NCBI GenBank assembly: GCA_964016885.1
Contig: OZ024740.1
Location: 401,574,001 to 401,638,000 of the forward strand
Origin: Eledone cirrhosa
Taxonomy: Eukaryota
Direction: 5' to 3'
DNA: 64,000 nucleotides
The translations under genes were made by a program, and so were the position numbers. The notes beneath the pieces were generated by a model. That model ran no database searches, was not told where the DNA came from, and saw nothing but the letters and a program-made list of their open reading frames with translations. Positions 59,881-64,000 of the stretch are shown piece after piece; the stretch's first letter is position 1; every line of letters starts with the position of its first letter.

Positions 59881-60486
59881 TACATATATATATATATAAT
59901 ATGTGGGTTGTATGTGAGAGAGAGTACTTTCAAACATACGTACTAGCATTCATATATACATACACATATACATATAATACATATATACAAACAAACATAT
60001 ACTCACAATCAGATATTCATATGGCGGCATATAGAAAATATCAGAATGACACTGAAAGTGATGTTGAGGTGGAGACAGGCTAAGTCAAATGTCAGAATCC
60101 AGAGACTTAAGCAATGCTTTAGCTGATGCTGCATATGGCATCTTGATATATGGATAGTAGTTAGGTAAATTTCCTCTGCTTTGGCCGTAATTCTCAGACG
60201 TTTCAAACGACATTGACTCGAAGCCTTCAAACGGAAGTTCGGCAGACATTTGGCTTATAGCCGAAGGACTATTTTTCACATTTAATAACATCCTATTTTG
60301 TAATATATTAGTTTATGTATGAATGCATATGTGTATAGGAATATATAAGCATACGTGCAGACATACATATACGCCATCATTTCCTCACACACATATATTG
60401 TGTGTCAAACACACACAAACACCACCCACTCACATCCACACCCATATATATGTATGTAGATGTGTATATATATTTATATATATATA

Positions 60487-60592
<106 letters not shown>

Positions 60593-60625
60593 TATTTATA
60601 TGTATATATATATATATATATATAT

Positions 60626-60800
60626 GTTATTACTGGTTCAATCGGGGGTAACCACAATAAGTAAGTTACTCAATACATAGCAGAGTAGAAATGTTTTAAT
60701 ATAGAAAAGCTTCAACAGGACTATAACTGTTTCATTCGTGAGAAATAATCAGGAAGCCTGATGATTTCTCACGAATGAAACAGTTCTAGCCCTGTATAAG

Positions 60801-60884
<84 letters not shown>

Positions 60885-61081
60885 TATATATATATATATA
60901 TATAAGCTTCTACAGGGCTAGAACTATTTCATTCGTGAGCAATCATCAGGCTTCCTGATTATTTCTCACCATTGAAACAGTTATAGTCCTGTAGAAGCTT
61001 TTCTCTATTAAAACATTTCTACTCTGCTATGTATTGAGTAACTTACTTACTGTGGTTACCCCCGATTGAACCAGTAATAAC
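60626..61081. mobile_element. Nested double palindrome of family D with four hammerhead motifs, centred on (TA)n
   Basis: 60626-60805 is inverted relative to 60903-61081; each half is itself a palindrome centred on gaagc/gcttc. Confidence 0.88.
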
Positions 61082-61118
61082 TTATATATATATGTATATA
61101 TTTATATATATATATATA

Positions 61119-61178
<60 letters not shown>

Positions 61179-61200
61179 TATATATATGTATGTATATATA

Positions 61201-61304
<104 letters not shown>

Positions 61305-61344
61305 CATATATATATACATATATATATAAATATATATATATATA

Positions 61345-61615
61345 TAAAATTGAAAAAGTGGAGAAAGACATGGTCAACAGTACAAAAAAGGAGATTAATT
61401 TACAGTCTAACAATTGTTTCACTGATAAAGTTGTCTAAAAATTACTAAACACTGAAAGTAGTGCCACCCAATTTAAAATACATGTTAGCTCCATCATATC
61501 CTCAGAGACTGAGAGAAAATATAAATATATGCGTAACCGGCAAATTTACAAATTCAAATTACCACATCAATAATAATATTAATAATAAAGCTATAGAGAG
61601 AAAAAAAGGAAGGGG
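61345..61615 (-). mobile_element. Solo 3' end of the Penelope-like family, with hammerhead (CTGAGGA) at 61402-61511
   Basis: Collinear with 45926-46140. Confidence 0.8.
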
Positions 61616-61711
61616 ATAAACCTCCTGTTAAGTCATACAACACCGCACACTAAAACTATCATGAGTATTATTCTCAACCTCTAATCGCATTACCTATAAC
61701 GATAACCTGTT

Positions 61712-61828
<117 letters not shown>

Positions 61829-61884
61829 AAATATCGCTCTACATGGCTGAACACAATAAATGTAATCTGAGTTTTTCGAATATT

Positions 61885-61992
61885 AATAATTGCTTCTATT
61901 TTCGGCACAAGACTAGCAATTATTCCAGTGCATTACTGGTACTTCATTTTATTTACCCCGTAAGGATGAAAGGCAAAGTTAACCTCGGCGGG
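61885..61992 (-). mobile_element. SINE 3' half
   Basis: ccccgtaaggatgaaaggcaaagttaacctcggcggg. Confidence 0.8.
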
Positions 61993-62171
61993 TGTTTGCA
62001 ATTTTATAGACATGTCAGTAGGATGAACACTTCATTGTTGGTCTTATGTTCGCATACAAGAGGAAGAATGAAGGGTTCATTCTACTGACATGGCTGTAAA
62101 TTTGAGGCTTGTTTGCATAATTGCAAATGAATCGAATGTTATTATTGATATTCGAAAAGCGCAGAATACAG

Positions 62172-62248
<77 letters not shown>

Positions 62249-62500
62249 CATATATATACATATATATACATATATATATATAAGGAAAACAGTTGTGATA
62301 AAAACCACAAAACCTCCATCTCAATTCTACTTTTGAAAAGCAGAAGAACTGCGAAACCGGTATAAGAACCAAATAAATATATATTTAAAAAAAAAAGACT
62401 CCTGTTGCATTTTCGATTTCATCTTTTTTCATTATACTTTCACTCGTGTAGGACACTTCAGTTATTTTTCATTTTGTTAAAAAAAAAATCAGTTTCTAAT

Positions 62501-62540
<40 letters not shown>

Positions 62541-62649
62541 AGTGTGTGTGTGTGCGTAGAGGTTATATTTAATTTGTTGGGATATAACAAGAAAAATATA
62601 TTTATAACTGATATAAAGCACTCAACAAATTATTGGAGTAAATATACAA

Positions 62650-62851
62650 TATATTAACAAATGGAAACTATATTTATAAAACTCCAACCGTGAAGATTGC
62701 AATTTTCAGGGTATCTCAATATTTATTTATAAAACTAATCTATATTTTATTTTATCTGATGAAAGCGCACCATAATCTGCCTTGGTGGTCCTTGAAATAT
62801 GTATAATGAAATAAATATGGTTTATAAATATAGTTTCCATTTGTTAATATA
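62650..62851. mobile_element. Inverted-arm element with hammerhead at 62750-62811 (+)
   Basis: ttttat-CTGATGA-aag..cacc/ggtg..ctt-GAAA-tatgt-ATA-atgaaa; 62651-62682 is inverted relative to 62820-62851. Confidence 0.7.
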
Positions 62852-62854
62852 TTG

Positions 62855-62915
<61 letters not shown>

Positions 62916-63860
62916 GCATACATACATATATACTTGTTTCTAGGCGAGTTTGTGTGTGTATGTCTGTTTGTCTGTGCATCTACATTTGTACATAAAATAC
63001 ACTCCTTTCCACATATTGAACCAAGTGTAATGAACACACAAATACTTAGTGATGCTCATATAAATATATCTAATGATACACATGGGCTTATTTATACCTT
63101 CTAATCAGTCTGATTTTATTTGTATGCCTTTAGTTCTCTTTTTAAACCTCTGCCTCTTACCAGAAATTCTGGATGTATAGTAAGAAAGAAAGCAAAGATA
63201 AGGAGAAACATTTTAACTGATGGTCATGTAAAGGAGTGATAGCTCTGTGTATACTTGTACAAGTTATGTTTTATTAATAATTGCAGCTGTTAAACTTGGC
63301 AAAACATCTGAATATAGGGTGTTTATTACGTTTGAGTGTTCTTTAATATCGCTACTGGTTATATAATCGGTTGTTTAACAGGCGTGTTTATCAAGTTCAT
63401 CTGATATATGTTTAACAAGATGTTTAGTCAAATATATATAATACACATATATATAATACACATATATATATTTCATATGTAAAGATGTGCTACGGACAAA
63501 GTTCCTATATTATCTAAGGTTCAACATTATTTTATTATAAACGTTACACAGACTTCAACATCAACTGGTGACCTATTGAAATGCATCGATCTCTAAATTT
63601 CACATTTAGCGTCCAGGTAGCTTTGACTTCCTGTCTGTCAACGGAAGGATTCCGTCATCTTGCCTTTCATTGAATACTTAGGTTTCATTGCACTAATATT
63701 TTTCGAAATATAGAACTGAATCACGTTACAGGATTTGAATCTAATCAAATTTTACATTTATTTTTGCTATGAAGTTCTCACACACACACACATACGCGCA
63801 CACACCAACACCTACACACACTCACACACAATCACATTTAAATACATACATACACACACC

Positions 63861-63937
<77 letters not shown>

Positions 63938-63944
63938 TTAATAT

Positions 63945-64000
63945 AGAACTGGCTTCTACAGGACTAGAATTATTTCATTCGAAGGGAATAACCAGGAAAG
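63945..64000 (-). mobile_element. Family D fragment running off the window edge
   Basis: gcttctacaggactagaa..tttcattcg. Confidence 0.6.

Overview
AT-rich, microsatellite-saturated eukaryotic DNA with no host gene that I can support. The tRNA-derived SINE family and the extreme (TA)n/(CA)n/(AGT)n load suggest an octopus (coleoid cephalopod) genome, which is inference. Recognisable coding remnants are all transposons: two tandem R4/Dong-type RLE LINEs in (TAA)n (28976-31807) plus an older relic, a frameshifted Penelope-like element (RT + GIY-YIG, 45926-49231) plus two fragments, CRE-like and RTE 3' ends, and a mariner 5' end. The main signal is a population of roughly 25 type I hammerhead ribozyme motifs (CTGANGA...GAAA, with stem I pairing checked by eye) from more than ten non-coding families, almost all embedded in (TA)n tracts. 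Three are head-to-tail arrays (310, 465 and 558 bp units) resembling rolling-circle copies of circular retrozyme RNAs. Most insertions have two divergent arms whose outer ends fall at reproducible TA-like sites of the RNA, and whose inner junction often lies in a ribozyme helix. This suggests (TA)n-targeted, double-ended (twin-primed) retrotransposition, probably driven by Penelope-like enzymes. A second class of DNA-level fold-back duplications is centred on (TA)n itself. All structures were read manually; none were computed or searched.
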